In this document: piece by piece, positions 27,533 through 39,100 of the stretch
Numbering within the stretch: position 1 is the first letter of the stretch
Layout of the letters: every line of letters begins with the position of its first letter
Origin: Syntrophales bacterium
GTDB lineage: Bacteria > Desulfobacterota > Syntrophia > Syntrophales > UBA2210
Direction: 5' to 3'
Length of the DNA stretch: 64,000 bases
Assembly: GCA_963662405.2 (NCBI GenBank)
Contig: CAXXKT010000001.1
Location: 672,001-736,000, forward strand
Program-made: the position numbers and the translations under genes
The notes under the pieces: generated by a model
Databases searched by the model: none
Told to the model about the DNA's origin: nothing
What the model saw: the letters and a program-made list of their open reading frames with translations, nothing else

Positions 27533-29548
27533 TCAGTTGACATACATGCGTGCTATCTCATCGTGAAATTTCTCAAAGATAACCCTGCGCTTGAGCTTTA
27601 ACGTGGGAGTCAATTCACCCGATTCGATGCTGAAGGATCTCCGCAGCACCGTATAATACTGGATTCGTTCATGATGAGACAGTGTTGCGTTGACTTCATC
27701 CACCTGCCGCTTGATCAGCTCCTGAGCCTGCTCATGTATGATAAGGTCTCCATCGGGACATGTCGGGATGCCGTTCTGCTTGAAAAAACGACGGATCTCC
27801 TGGAAGTCAGGAACGATCAAAGCGGAGATATATTTGCGCGCGTCGCCGACGAGACAGGCCTGATCTATATAAGGTCTGGCCGTCACTGCCAGCTCGATGG
27901 GATGCGGGGCTATATTCTTACCGCCCGAGGTAACCATAAGATCTTTTTTCCTATCAGTAATCACGAGGAATCCTTCGTGATCGAATCCTCCGATATCACC
28001 GGTCTTGAACCATCCGTCATCGGTGAAGGCCTCGGCGGTTGCCTCAGGTAAATTCCAGTATTCTCTGAACACTTGAGGACCCTTGACCAAGATTTCACCG
28101 TCTTCTGCAATTTTTTCCTCTGTCCAGAGGACCGGCTTGCCGACGGTGCCGGGTTTGATCTGGAGTTTGTGGGCAACCGTATTATATGCCAGGGCAAGAC
28201 CCAGGGAACGGATCGGATTGGTATAGGGTGATAATCCTCGGGACTGCTTGGTAACCATCAAGTCGACCGTCAGATCGATCATCTTGCCGCCAAACCACCC
28301 GACCTTGTCGATATCGAAGCTGCCGGTGAATTCGGGCTCGTTGAAGTTGATAACTGGCGACGTTTCCGTCAGTCCGTACCCTTCACTGAGTTGAATGCCC
28401 AGGGCACGGATGAAAATGCATACATCTCTGGAGAGTTTGCCGCCCCCTGATATGCCCAGTACGACGCGATCGAGGCCTGCTATTTTCCTGATTTTATTAA
28501 AGACAACCCTGTTGGCCAGGGCGAATTGCATCAGGTCGAATTGACCCATGCGTGTGGCAGTCGCCATGGCGTTGGTATATTCCCCGCCAAGACCCATCGC
28601 CCAGTGAAAAACGGATCGAGCGGTTTTGCTCCGCCGGGAGACAATTGATCGTGTGAAATCATATATTTTTTCCCATAACCGGGGAATACTGGCAATGACA
28701 TTCGGTCTGACTTCCCGAAGATTTTCCGGTATTTTTTCAAAACTTTCAGCGAATACGAGGATACTTCCCTGTCGAAGCGCACCCACGTGGTAATCGCTTG
28801 TTCTGCCGAACACGTGACACAGCGGCAGATGAACAAGGTGTGTCATGTGAAGGTCTTTTTCTCGCTGACGACGCATGAGCGTGGAACCGGAGCACTGGTG
28901 AAGATTGGATACCCAATTCTTCTGGGTAAGGACAACGCCCTTCGGGATTCCCGTGGTTCCCGATGTATATATGATGGAGGCGACATCTTCGGGGGCAACG
29001 GTCCGTATCCTGTTCTCCAGTTCTCGATCGCTGATTCCTTGTTTCCCCAGAGTCATGACGTCGTCAAAGGTGAAAACCCCTTCCGGCTTGGCGTCATCCC
29101 AACGACCCATGACGACGATTATTTCCACAGGGGTTCCCTGCGCCTGTGCCTTAAGGACCATTTCCCCCTTCTCAGAGGTAGAGACGATAACAACCCGGGC
29201 CTGGCTGTCCGATGTCATGTATCTCAGTTCTTCCACGGTCAATGAGGGATAGAGCGGAACACCAATCGCCCCGCAGGCCTGAATAGCCTGATCGGCGATG
29301 ATCCATCTTGGTCTGCTTTCTGAAAAAAGAATGACGCGATCCCCTCGGTTTAATCCGAGGCAAATCAAACCCTTGGCAAGGGACATCACTTCCCGGCGCG
29401 TTTCCGCCCAGTTTCGTGAATGCCATGTGCTGCTTGGATCTCCATTCCGGTCAAACTTGGCACGGAGCATCTCGACCTGATCCCCATAACGCAGCGCCTG
29501 ATTATGAAACATACCGCATATGGTATCCTCTCCGTACGTCATGCTCAT
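27533..29548 (-). CDS. Long-chain fatty acid-CoA ligase (AMP-forming)
   Basis: YTSGTTGIPKG, LPLCHVF, EGYGLTET, FKTGDIG, TDRKKD..SGGKNI, GELTPTLK. Start taken at MSMTYG. Confidence 0.93.
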   Translation of the reverse strand: MSMTYGEDTICGMFHNQALRYGDQVEMLRAKFDRNGDPSSTWHSRNWAETRREVMSLAKGLICLGLNRGDRVILFSESRPRWIIADQAIQACGAIGVPLYPSLTVEELRYMTSDSQARVVIVSTSEKGEMVLKAQAQGTPVEIIVVMGRWDDAKPEGVFTFDDVMTLGKQGISDRELENRIRTVAPEDVASIIYTSGTTGIPKGVVLTQKNWVSNLHQCSGSTLMRRQREKDLHMTHLVHLPLCHVFGRTSDYHVGALRQGSILVFAESFEKIPENLREVRPNVIASIPRLWEKIYDFTRSIVSRRSKTARSVFHWAMGLGGEYTNAMATATRMGQFDLMQFALANRVVFNKIRKIAGLDRVVLGISGGGKLSRDVCIFIRALGIQLSEGYGLTETSPVINFNEPEFTGSFDIDKVGWFGGKMIDLTVDLMVTKQSRGLSPYTNPIRSLGLALAYNTVAHKLQIKPGTVGKPVLWTEEKIAEDGEILVKGPQVFREYWNLPEATAEAFTDDGWFKTGDIGGFDHEGFLVITDRKKDLMVTSGGKNIAPHPIELAVTARPYIDQACLVGDARKYISALIVPDFQEIRRFFKQNGIPTCPDGDLIIHEQAQELIKRQVDEVNATLSHHERIQYYTVLRRSFSIESGELTPTLKLKRRVIFEKFHDEIARMYVN

Positions 29549-29705
29549 CCTCGTCCCACATTTTTTGCATAACACAATCTCTTTTGAGAGAATACTCCCC
29601 TTCCTCCCTATGTTCAAGTATCCCGGACCGGATCCGGATCATGCCCGGTACGGCAAGGTGGGGTTTCCTTCGTCACGCATGGCGGAACCGCGCGCTATGC
29701 GTCAC

Positions 29706-29737
29706 AAAAAAGCCCCCGTCTTTTGAGACGGGGGCCG
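29706..29737 (-). terminator. Rho-independent terminator
   Basis: Minus strand GCCCCCGTCTCAAAAGACGGGGGCTTTTT. Confidence 0.75.
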
Positions 29738-29764
29738 TAATGTTGCTGTGATTTTTCTATTTGG

Positions 29765-30025
29765 CTACCATCGTTCCTTCTTCTGCCGCTCCATGGTGAG
29801 CTTGGCCTCTCCGTAGAGCCTCCAGATGCACAGACCGACGGCGAGAAAGAAAAGCCCGAACATGAAGCCGGGTTCGGTATTGAACCGGGTGTCGATCCAG
29901 CGGCCCACGTAGAGGAACAGAAACGAAGAAGCGACGATCACGAACCCCCATACGCTGATCTGCAATATCTGAGTCAGGTTCGATCTCCAGTTTATCGCAC
30001 TATGGTGGTGATGTGTGGCGATCAT
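29765..30025 (-). CDS. AtpZ/AtpI-family (ATPase_gene1-like) small membrane protein
   Basis: FLYVGRWIDTRFNTEPGFMFGLFFLAV matches the G..lD....T.P pattern; RBS AGGAGG. This is the C-terminal part of ORF-track entry 29765-30748. Confidence 0.7.
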   Translation of the reverse strand: MIATHHHHSAINWRSNLTQILQISVWGFVIVASSFLFLYVGRWIDTRFNTEPGFMFGLFFLAVGLCIWRLYGEAKLTMERQKKERW

Positions 30026-30060
30026 TGTTCGTGTCCTCCTTTCGTATATGCTTACCCTCT

Positions 30061-30336
30061 CTAGCTGACGATGCCCTTGAGCGCACCCACGACCGGGGCC
30101 GTGAAGAGGGCCACCAGGACGGCGTAGAGCGCGAAGGAGCCGACCGCCTCGCTGAGATACAGTTTCGTGTATTTGTGTTTGAGCGAGGTGATGATCATCC
30201 CGCCGACGATGAGGCATCCGAGATGGAAATAGGGGAAACCCGCCGCGTTGGTTGCGGTATACTCGGCATAGCCGAAGGAAGCGGTGACGAGCACCACGAA
30301 GGCCGCCATGATGATTGTCTGCACTGTCCGTTTCAT
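30061..30336 (-). CDS. Small membrane protein, hypothetical
   Basis: MKRTVQTIIMAAFVVL..; leader plus two TM segments; RBS AGGAGG. Confidence 0.65.
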   Translation of the reverse strand: MKRTVQTIIMAAFVVLVTASFGYAEYTATNAAGFPYFHLGCLIVGGMIITSLKHKYTKLYLSEAVGSFALYAVLVALFTAPVVGALKGIVS

Positions 30337-30391
30337 GATTATATCCTCCTTTTGGTAGTCCCTTTTGTTTGTTTCTTTTGCCTTCTGGTAA

Positions 30392-30407
30392 CGAAAGAAG
30401 CGTGCCA
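30392..30407 (-). promoter_or_regulatory. Possible sigma-54 promoter with variant -12
   Basis: TGGCACGCTTCTTTCG: perfect -24 element, TTTC instead of TTGC at -12. Confidence 0.4.
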
Positions 30408-30795
30408 TACAGGGGATTCGGGGAAAAGTAGTTGCAACCAGCTGAATGAAGGATGGTTTCTGAGATGATCATCTGGGAGGAAGCGGGCGAATCCGGGCGC
30501 TGAAAGCCCGGATCTTTAAAGAAACGTCCAATCTGATTCCATGAAATGTTCAGAAAAAAGATCAGAGAAACGAAAAAATCCTCAGCAACAGATATTTTAT
30601 TGAAAAATATCAGCTTCAAATAAATATGGAGGGTATGGGGTCGAGTGCTTTCCGGGGATACGTGCACCATCGGTTCGCATATGACGGAAGAGGAAGTGTC
30701 TTTCGATGGTAAAGAGACCGTTGTCAAAGACGACCTACACCGTCGCATACCGTTCCACCGTAGCAGGCGCGAGATGGCCTTCTCGTGGGATATGG

Positions 30796-32524
30796 TTATG
30801 CCGAGATAAAGAAGGAGATATATGCGTATCCGGATATCTGAATATGCCGCAGGTCCATAACGGTGTTTTGCAGGACGAGGGGCCCCAGTTTTGACATTTC
30901 ATCAATACCGGCATCAAGGGAGCGCGGCGGTCGCACGATCTGGTCGATGTCTTCGATCGCCGCCCCGCTGATCAGTTCCACAAACAGCACATCTTCGTCA
31001 CGGTTGATCTTTAATATAATCTCACCCTCTCTGTGCTCATGCGAAATCATGTGGAGGAAGGCCTCTTCGCAGGCCAGTTGCAGCTTGATATATTCTCTGT
31101 CGGTGAGTTTGAGTTTTTTAACGCTTCCCTCCAGCGCTTTCATCAGTTCGGTCAGGCCCGCCATATCCGCCGGGACGGAAAAGGACCCGCCGGGGTTTTG
31201 GCATGACATGGATCAGCGTGTTGAGGAAAAAGGCGCTGAACCCGCCGACCGCCACACCGTTCTCCAGCAGCGGTTTCATGTAAACTGGCATCAGATCGGG
31301 GAAAAATTGGCCGGAGTCCGCGACCAGACCGGCGCACAGGGAAAATCCCATGATGAGCCCCTTCTGAAACGTCATCCCGGAGGATTGAACCAGGGAGATC
31401 CCGGCGTAAAAGAGCATGGCGGCAATCACCACCAGCACGCCACCCACCACGGGAGGGGGCATGTCCAGTATGAGTCCGCCGATCTTGGGTATGAAGGCAG
31501 CGCACAGGAGTATCGCCGCCCCGCATATGCCGATGCGCCGCGAGGAGACCCCGGTCATCTCTATGAGCGGAATATTGTCGCAGTATGTGGCGTTGGGGGT
31601 TGTCCCCGCCACCCCTGCCAACAGCTTCACCAGCCCGTCGCAGAACAGTCCCCCCTGGACACGGTCGTATCTGACCTTGTGGAAATCACGCTCAGAAACC
31701 TTCTGCACCAGCATGATGTTTCCCGTCCCCTCGATGGCGCTGACCAGGGCGACCATGAGAAAGGCGGCGGCAAGGGGGAGGTGCTTTATGTCCAGATCCA
31801 CGGCAATCCCGGACCAGTGGCCCTGGGGCATGCCAAACAGGGGCGCACTGTGAAAGTGGGTCAGTTCCAGGAGCCCGAAGCTCCACGCGGTAAGATACCC
31901 AACCCCCATGCCAATGATCGGGGTCCAGAGCCTGATGACTCTGTTCCCGGTGATCATCAGGACCATCAAGGCGACGATGGTGACGGTGCCGGTCAAATAG
32001 GAGGCACCGGAGCCAAAGGACGGGAGACTGGAATCCGCCCCCATCCACAGGTCCAGGCCGATGGGGATCAACCCCATGGCGACCAGCATGATCACCGTTC
32101 CGCCGACCACCGGCGTCACGATATGGCGCAGGAAGCGCAGAAAGTAGGCATACAGAAAAACCATGGGAGCTGTCAGAATTCCCATGACCGCCAGCAGGGG
32201 CAGGCCGCCCATATTGACCGCATCGAGGGAACAGGCCAGAAACGCGCTGTACGACCCGGCGAACAAGACGTAGCCGCATCCGATGGAGCCGACGCGCAGG
32301 GCCTGGATCAGCACGGCGACGGCGGCGATGATAATCTAGGTAAAGGCGAGATATTCGACCTGCTCGGGGGGGATCCCCGTTGTTTCACCGATAATGTTGG
32401 GGATAAAGACGATGGCATCGAAAATGAGTGCCACATGGGTAAAACCGAGGAAGAGGCTCATCCACACGGGAGGGTTTTCATTGACATCGTACGCTATCTT
32501 TCCTCCTGGTTGTGTCTGTGTCAA
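30796..32524 (-). CDS. NCS2 xanthine/uracil permease with C-terminal anti-sigma/HATPase-like domain (two frameshifts, ~32335 and ~31195)
   Basis: YDVNENPP, TPVVGGTVI, DG..L.G.TPNATY..NI..TGVSSR, P.PVVGG, NGVAVG; C-terminal LQLACEEAFLHM. Fragments are colinear across frames. Confidence 0.75.
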
Positions 32525-32663
32525 TTATCTCCACCTGTTGGATTGGTTTCGTGTCAGGATCGCCGGCTTTTCCACTGTTCAAAAAGCGGCCGGATTGTAC
32601 ACGGATGAAAACGTTTTCGCCAAGTTTTTCTCTCTGTATCCGCGATTTTTTGATTCGACCGGA

Positions 32664-34077
32664 TTACGCCACCGGCATCGAGAGGTTCCTCTTGTCTCTC
32701 CGGATCTGGTAGTTCCGGACCATGGCGTAGGTCTTCATGGCACGCTCCGGCGATTCAAAGAAGGGGAGACCGGCGTCGAAGAAGGTCTGAATGGCATCCG
32801 CATCGAGACCGGGGATCTTGACGGCGACAAAGGGCTTCCCCGTCTCTTTCCGTATCCGGATCATGGCGTCGGCATAGTGCCTGTTCACCTCGGGGAGAGA
32901 GGCCGATTCCCATCACAACCACGGCATCCACACCGGGGTCCTCGGCAACCGCCCTGGCCGCATTGATATAGAGATCAATGTCGAGAGAAGAGGTCAGTCC
33001 GATATCTATGGGATTGTTCAGGCTGGTACCGGTCGGAGGAATAACACCCGCCAATTTGGATCGGGTCTCGGGAGCTATCGAAGCCAACCTGAGCCCTGCG
33101 GTTCCACAGGCCTCCGCCGCCGAGACTGCCAGTCCACCGGGTCCCGAGATGATGACCATCCGGTCCCCCAGGTGTGGAGGGAGGAGGGAAAAGCCGATCA
33201 GGGCATCAACCCATTCCTCGAATCCCGTCACCGGGACGGCACCGGTCTGCCGGACCACCCCTTCCCATATCTCACGGGAACCCGCGAGCGCGCCGGTATG
33301 TGAGGCGGCGGCGCGGCTCCCCTCCGGCGTCAGACCCACCTTCCAGACAATCACCGGTTTTCTGACCGACGCCTCGTATAGGGCCCTGAGAAACCGCGGC
33401 CCATCTTTGATCCCCTCCAGGTAGGTGCCGATCACCTCCGTGTCGGGATCCTTCCCAGGTAGGTCAGAAAATCGGCGGCGTTGAGGTCGCACTCATTGCC
33501 GAGGCTGACGGCCTTGCTGAACGAGAGACCCTTCTCAGGCCCCATGCGGCACAGAATATTCCCCAGCGAGCCGCTGTGGGAGATAAGGCCGATCGGCCCC
33601 GGGGTGTGGGAGAGCCCCGGAAAGTATGAGAGGCCCGTCCGGGGCGCATACAGCCCCATGCAGTTGGGCCCGATGATCCTCATCCCGGAGGCCTGCGCGA
33701 TGTGAGTCAGTTCGGCCTCCATCGCTTTTCCCTCATCGCTCCCCGTTTCCTTGAAACCGGCGGTAAAGAGGATCGCCCCCTTGAGCTCTTTGTCCGCGCA
33801 TTCCCGAACGATGGGAAGCGCGCGGTCGTGGGGGACGAGGATGATGGCGAGATCAACAGGGCCGGGGATTGCCGAAACGGAGGGGTATGCCTTCAGCCCG
33901 TCGATCTCATCCGCCGTGGGGTGGACGGGATAAATGACCCCCGGGGAAACCCTGATCGATCAGGGCCATGAGGAAGAGCTTCCCCGTCTTCATCTCCTTC
34001 GGCACACCGACAATGGCGACGGACGCGGGATTGAAAATCGCTTCAAGCCGGGTCGTCAGAATATCGGTGCCGTTCAT
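32664..34077 (-). CDS. Acyl-CoA synthetase (ADP-forming) alpha-type CoA-binding protein, frameshifted
   Basis: FNPASVAIVG, IIGPNCMG, SHSGSLG, SLGNECD, YLEGIKDG, AAASHTGALAG, NPIDI, spread over several frames. Confidence 0.8.
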
Positions 34078-34437
34078 CGTCGCTCCTAGTATCGGATGGG
34101 TCTCGTTCAAAAGCACAGGAGGTTCCGGTTACAATGCGCATCTTCTTGCCTGTCTGAATAACGATCAGACGGGCTTGAACTCACCAATCCGTGTGGATGA
34201 TACCATAAACCGTCTCATTTCAGAAGGACGGTATTGAGCGGCGATAACGTCAGGCACGAAACCCTTCGGTTTTCCTCCGTAAAACGGAAAAATGGCTCAC
34301 ATTATAGAACCAACTTTTTCCCCGGGTGTGACAATGTTTTCCGTTGACCAACGTCAAACGCAGGTCTATAATTCGTCCGCCTGATCATGTGTGAAAAAAT
34401 ATTGCATTGAGATAACATCACAAGGAAGGGACATGTC

Positions 34438-36015
34438 ATGATTACACGTGTACAGTCGTTTTTCGCGAGGGTTACCTGTCGGTATCTGTTTTTGATTCCC
34501 CTGATCGTTCTGGCGATTCATGCCGGTACGGTGACGGGGGCACGAGCCGATGATGCCGCCACCGTGGAGATCAGTGCGGATGGTATCGTTGTCACCCCCG
34601 CCACGGCTACGGTGACCTACCTCCTCCTCCGGGTCGCCGATCCCCGGGGGGATCTGATCAGCGAAGAGAGCACCGCGGGGAGCCGGATCACCTGGACGCC
34701 GGCGGGGGGGGCGGCGGACGGTTTCTACACCTGGGAGGTCCGCGCCGGCTTCAGCGCACGGAAGACGTCGAGGGATGAGGCCGTACAGACACAGGAAGAG
34801 ACCCGCCCGTGGTCTCAGTCGGGGACGTTCCTCGTCAAGGGGGGTACCATCGTTTCTCCGTCCGGTACGGAGAGCGGCCTCCTCGATAGGCTCTTCTCCA
34901 CGGCCGCAGCCGCCCTCGGAGCGTTTATGGATCTCATGGTCCCGCCGGCCTGGGCGGATCAGGTCTTTCAAGGCGATGTCATCGTCCAGGGAAGCCTCGG
35001 TGTCGGGATGGACACCGACAACGGCGAGAGCTTCGGGTTCGACACGATCCGCCTCAAGGAGAACAACCTGCGGATCCGTTTTTACGATACCAGCAACAGC
35101 GGCTCTTTCCCCTCGAACGACTGGCAGATCACCATCAACGACTCTTCCAACGGCGGGGGTAACTACTTCGCCGTCGATGATATCGATTCAGGGAAGACCC
35201 CCTTCAAGATCGAGGCCGGGGCTCCAACCAACGCTCTCTTTGTCGAAGACTCTGGCCAAATTGGTATCGGGACGGCAACACCGGTCACGGACCTTCACAT
35301 ACTATGCGGGAACACCCCCACCGTCCGCCTCGATCAGGACGGATCGTCCGGGTGGTCGCCACAGGTGTGGGACGTGGCGGGGAACGAAACGAACTTCTTC
35401 GTCCGCGATGCGACAAACGGCTCTCTGCTTCCCTTTAAGATCTACCCCGGCACGCCGAGCAACACCCTCTGTGTGGGGTATAATAATGGTGCGGAGATGC
35501 GTGTCGGAATCGGGACCGTAAAACCGGAGGCGACATTGGATGTGCGGGGGGACGCCCGGATCGGGATCGAATCAGGAACGACGGCGAATGTGGTTGAGGT
35601 GTACGGGACCGTCAGGGTCACGGCCCAAACGAGCTTCCCGGCGAACCTGGAGGTGAACGGGAACGCCTTTGTCCTCGGGAACCTCGAGGTGGGGAGCAGC
35701 AGGGACTACAAGGAAGACATCCGGGCCCTCGAGGTGAAGGAGGCGATGGATACCCTGCGGGAGCTCCGCCCGGTCAAATTCCATTACACCGTCGACCCGA
35801 CCGAGGAATCGGTGGGGTTCATCGCCGAGGAGGTCCCGACACTGGTCGCGACCAACAGCCGGAAATCGCTGAGCACCATGGACGTCGTGGCGGTCCTCGC
35901 CAAGGTGACCCAGGAACAGCAGCGGGTGATCGACCAACTCACCCACAAGATCGCCGACCTGGAGCGAGAGCTGAAGACGGTCCCTCAAAAGACGCCCTCG
36001 GGCAGTGCCATGTAA
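34438..36015 (+). CDS. Exported protein with C-terminal intramolecular chaperone (Peptidase_S74/tail-fibre) domain
   Basis: Signal peptide (..ARA/DD), GIGTATP and VGIGT.KP..LDV repeats, SSRDYKEDI..LRPVKFHY..GFIAEEVP, C-terminal coiled coil. Confidence 0.8.
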   Translation: MITRVQSFFARVTCRYLFLIPLIVLAIHAGTVTGARADDAATVEISADGIVVTPATATVTYLLLRVADPRGDLISEESTAGSRITWTPAGGAADGFYTWEVRAGFSARKTSRDEAVQTQEETRPWSQSGTFLVKGGTIVSPSGTESGLLDRLFSTAAAALGAFMDLMVPPAWADQVFQGDVIVQGSLGVGMDTDNGESFGFDTIRLKENNLRIRFYDTSNSGSFPSNDWQITINDSSNGGGNYFAVDDIDSGKTPFKIEAGAPTNALFVEDSGQIGIGTATPVTDLHILCGNTPTVRLDQDGSSGWSPQVWDVAGNETNFFVRDATNGSLLPFKIYPGTPSNTLCVGYNNGAEMRVGIGTVKPEATLDVRGDARIGIESGTTANVVEVYGTVRVTAQTSFPANLEVNGNAFVLGNLEVGSSRDYKEDIRALEVKEAMDTLRELRPVKFHYTVDPTEESVGFIAEEVPTLVATNSRKSLSTMDVVAVLAKVTQEQQRVIDQLTHKIADLERELKTVPQKTPSGSAM

Positions 36016-36135
36016 CAGAGAGAGACAGAACGATCCTCAGGATCGTGTGAAACGGGTATGATGCTCATCATTTTCCCTGATGCCCTTTCGAGAGTCGTAC
36101 GGAGCTGAAGTGATATTCCCCATGGAGAGAGAATC

Positions 36136-39100
36136 ATGAAAAGGCCGCTTGTGTCCGTGGCGTTGGTCCTCATTTTCGCGGTGTCGTTCCTCGCCGCCCT
36201 TCCGGTTTGTGCGGATGTAATCATCCACGCAGAAGGCACGATCACCCTGCATGATTCGACAATCGATATCAACTGCGGTGACCTGACCGTCGAGAACGGC
36301 GGGACGCTGCAACTGACCAGCGGAACCGTGCAGGAATGCGGAGCCCTGATCGTCGAAGGCGGCGGCTCCGTCGTTCAGACCCAGGGGACGATATCCTACT
36401 GCGCCCCCACCGTCACGACCCAGGAGGTGACCGCCATCGGGACGACCGCGGCGACCGGGAACGGAACGATTACGGCCCTCGGGACCTCCGCCCTCACCGC
36501 ACACGGTGTCTGCTGGAATACGACCGGAGCCCCCACACTGGCGGACAGCAGCACGGACGAGGGGGGGGCGGCGGCCCCCGGTGCCTTTACCAGCACCATG
36601 ACCGGACTCTCGCCGAACACCACCTACTATGTCCGGGCCTATGCCACCAATACGTCGGGAACCGCCTACGGCAATGAAGTCTCTTTCACAACGGCGGCCG
36701 GGGTGATCGCACCGACGGCGAGCACCCAGACGGCCAGCGGGGTCGGGAGTACGACGGCCACGCTGAACGGGACCGTCAACGCCCACGGGACCGACACGAC
36801 CGTCATCTTCGAGTACGGTACAACCACGGCCTATGGGACCACCGCCACCGCGGATCAGAGCCCGGTCACCGGTACCACCGACACGGCTGCCAGCGTGACC
36901 CTCACGGGTCTGGCGCCCGGCACGACCTATCACTGCCGCGTTGTTGCAACGAGCACGGAGGGGACCACATACGGCGGCGACGTAACGTTCACCACCCTGG
37001 TTGCCGCAACGGCGACCACCAATGCGGCCAGCGGGGTCGGCACCACGACCGCCACGCTGAACGGAACCGTTAACGCAAGCGGGAGCAGTACCACCGTCAC
37101 CTTCGAATACGGTCTGACCTCCGCCTACGGTACCACCGTCACGGCGGACCAGAGCCCGGTCACCGGCTCCGCCGATACGGCCGTGAGCGGTGCGATCACC
37201 GGTCTGACTCCCGGTACCACCTATCACTTCCGTGTGGTGGCCGCCAACACCACGGGCACCACCTGCGGCAGCGACATGACCTTCACCACCTTGCCCCCCC
37301 CGACAGCGACCACCCGGGCGGCAACCGGGGTCGGGATTACGGCGGCAACCCTGAACGGGACCGTTAACGCCCATGGAGAGAGCGCGACCGTCACCTTCCA
37401 GTACGGCACAACCACCGCCTACGGGACTACCGTCACGGCGGATCAGAGCCCCGTCAGCGGATCTGCCAACACAGAGGTCAACAGGGCACTCACCGGCCTG
37501 ACCACCGGTGTCACCTACCACTACCGCGTCGTGGCGACCAACGGCGGCGGTACCGCTTACGGCACTGATATGACCTTTATCACCGCTGTCATCCCCCCGA
37601 CGGCGACTACCCAGGCGGCCGGCTCCGTGGGCACCACGACCGCCACGCTGAACGGGACCGTCAATGCCAAGGGGAACAGTACCACCGTCAACTTCGAGTA
37701 CGGAGAGACGACCGCCTACGGGACCACCGTCACGGCGGATCAGAGCCCGATCACCGGCTCCGCCGATACGGCCGTCAGCAGGCTTATCACTGGTCTGACG
37801 AGTGGTGTTACGTATCATTACCGCGTCGTGGCGGCCAATGACGGCGGCACTACCCAGGGCGCCGATATGACCTTCACCACCCCGGCGCCCCCCGCCGTCA
37901 CCACCGGTGCAGCATCCGGTTTGAGCACCTCCGGGGCTACGCTGAACGGAACGGTCAATGCCAACGGGACGAGCACCACCGTCACCTTCCAGTACGGCCT
38001 GACCACGGCCTACGGGTCCACCGTCACCGCCGATCAGAGCCCGGTCAACAACTCCACCGACACGGCTGCCGGCGCGACACTGACGGGGCTGGCCGCCGAT
38101 ACGGTCTATCATTACCGGGCGGTGGGCCAGAATACCTACGGCACCACCTACGGCGCGGACATGACCTTTATCACGTCGGTACCTGCCGCACCCACCGCCG
38201 TCACCGATGCCGCCACGGATGTGGAGTTCGACAGTGCCACGCTGAACGGAACGGTCAACCCCAATAATGGTGTGACGACCGTCACCTTCGAATACGGCCT
38301 CACCACGGCATACGGCTCGTCAGTATCGGCCGTTCCGGGTTCACTGACCGGCACGGTCGATACCGCCGTCAGTGCAGCCATCGGCGAGTCCGACGAACTT
38401 GAACCCGACACCACGTACCATTTCCGTGTGGTGGCACAGAACGCGAGCGGAACCACTTACGGTGCGGATATGACGTTCGACACCACGTCCGCCCCGCCCC
38501 TTGCTCTGACTGTCGCGGGTCTGGTCACCGGGGGCGACAGCGCCACGCTGAACGGTATCGTGGACCCCCAGGGAACAGTGACCACCGTCACTTTCGAATA
38601 CGGAACAACCACGGCATACGGGACCACGGTAACAGCGGACCAAAGCCCTCTGACAACTACCCTTACCTATTCGAAAGCCGTGACGGCAGACATCTCCGGG
38701 CTTGCAAACAACACCACGTACCATTTCCGTGTGGTGGCACAGAACGCGGGTGGCACCACCTATGGCAGAGATATGACCTTCACCCTCGGCACGGTCGGTA
38801 CCGCTCCGACCGCAACCACTGATGCGGCGACAGGGGTGGATTCGACCACCGCGACCCTGAACGGGACGGTCAATGCGGGTGATGCCACGACGATCATCAC
38901 CTTCGAGTACGGACTGGACACCGGGTACGGCAGCACAGCCATTGCGAATCCGAACCCTCTTTCCGGCACGACCGACACCGCGGTCAGCGCGGCCGTCGGT
39001 GACCTCTCCCCCAACACCACCTATCATTACCGGGTGACCGCGATCAATGCGAACGGAACCGTCTCTGGGGCTGACATGACCTTCACCACCCTGCCTCCTC

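Noticed and set aside
29765..30748. 327-aa ORF as a single gene
   Set aside because: Only the last 86 codons look coding and have their own RBS; the rest overlaps another gene and promoter DNA.
34438..36015. Prophage suggested by the tail-fibre chaperone domain
   Set aside because: The protein has a signal peptide and no other phage genes are nearby.
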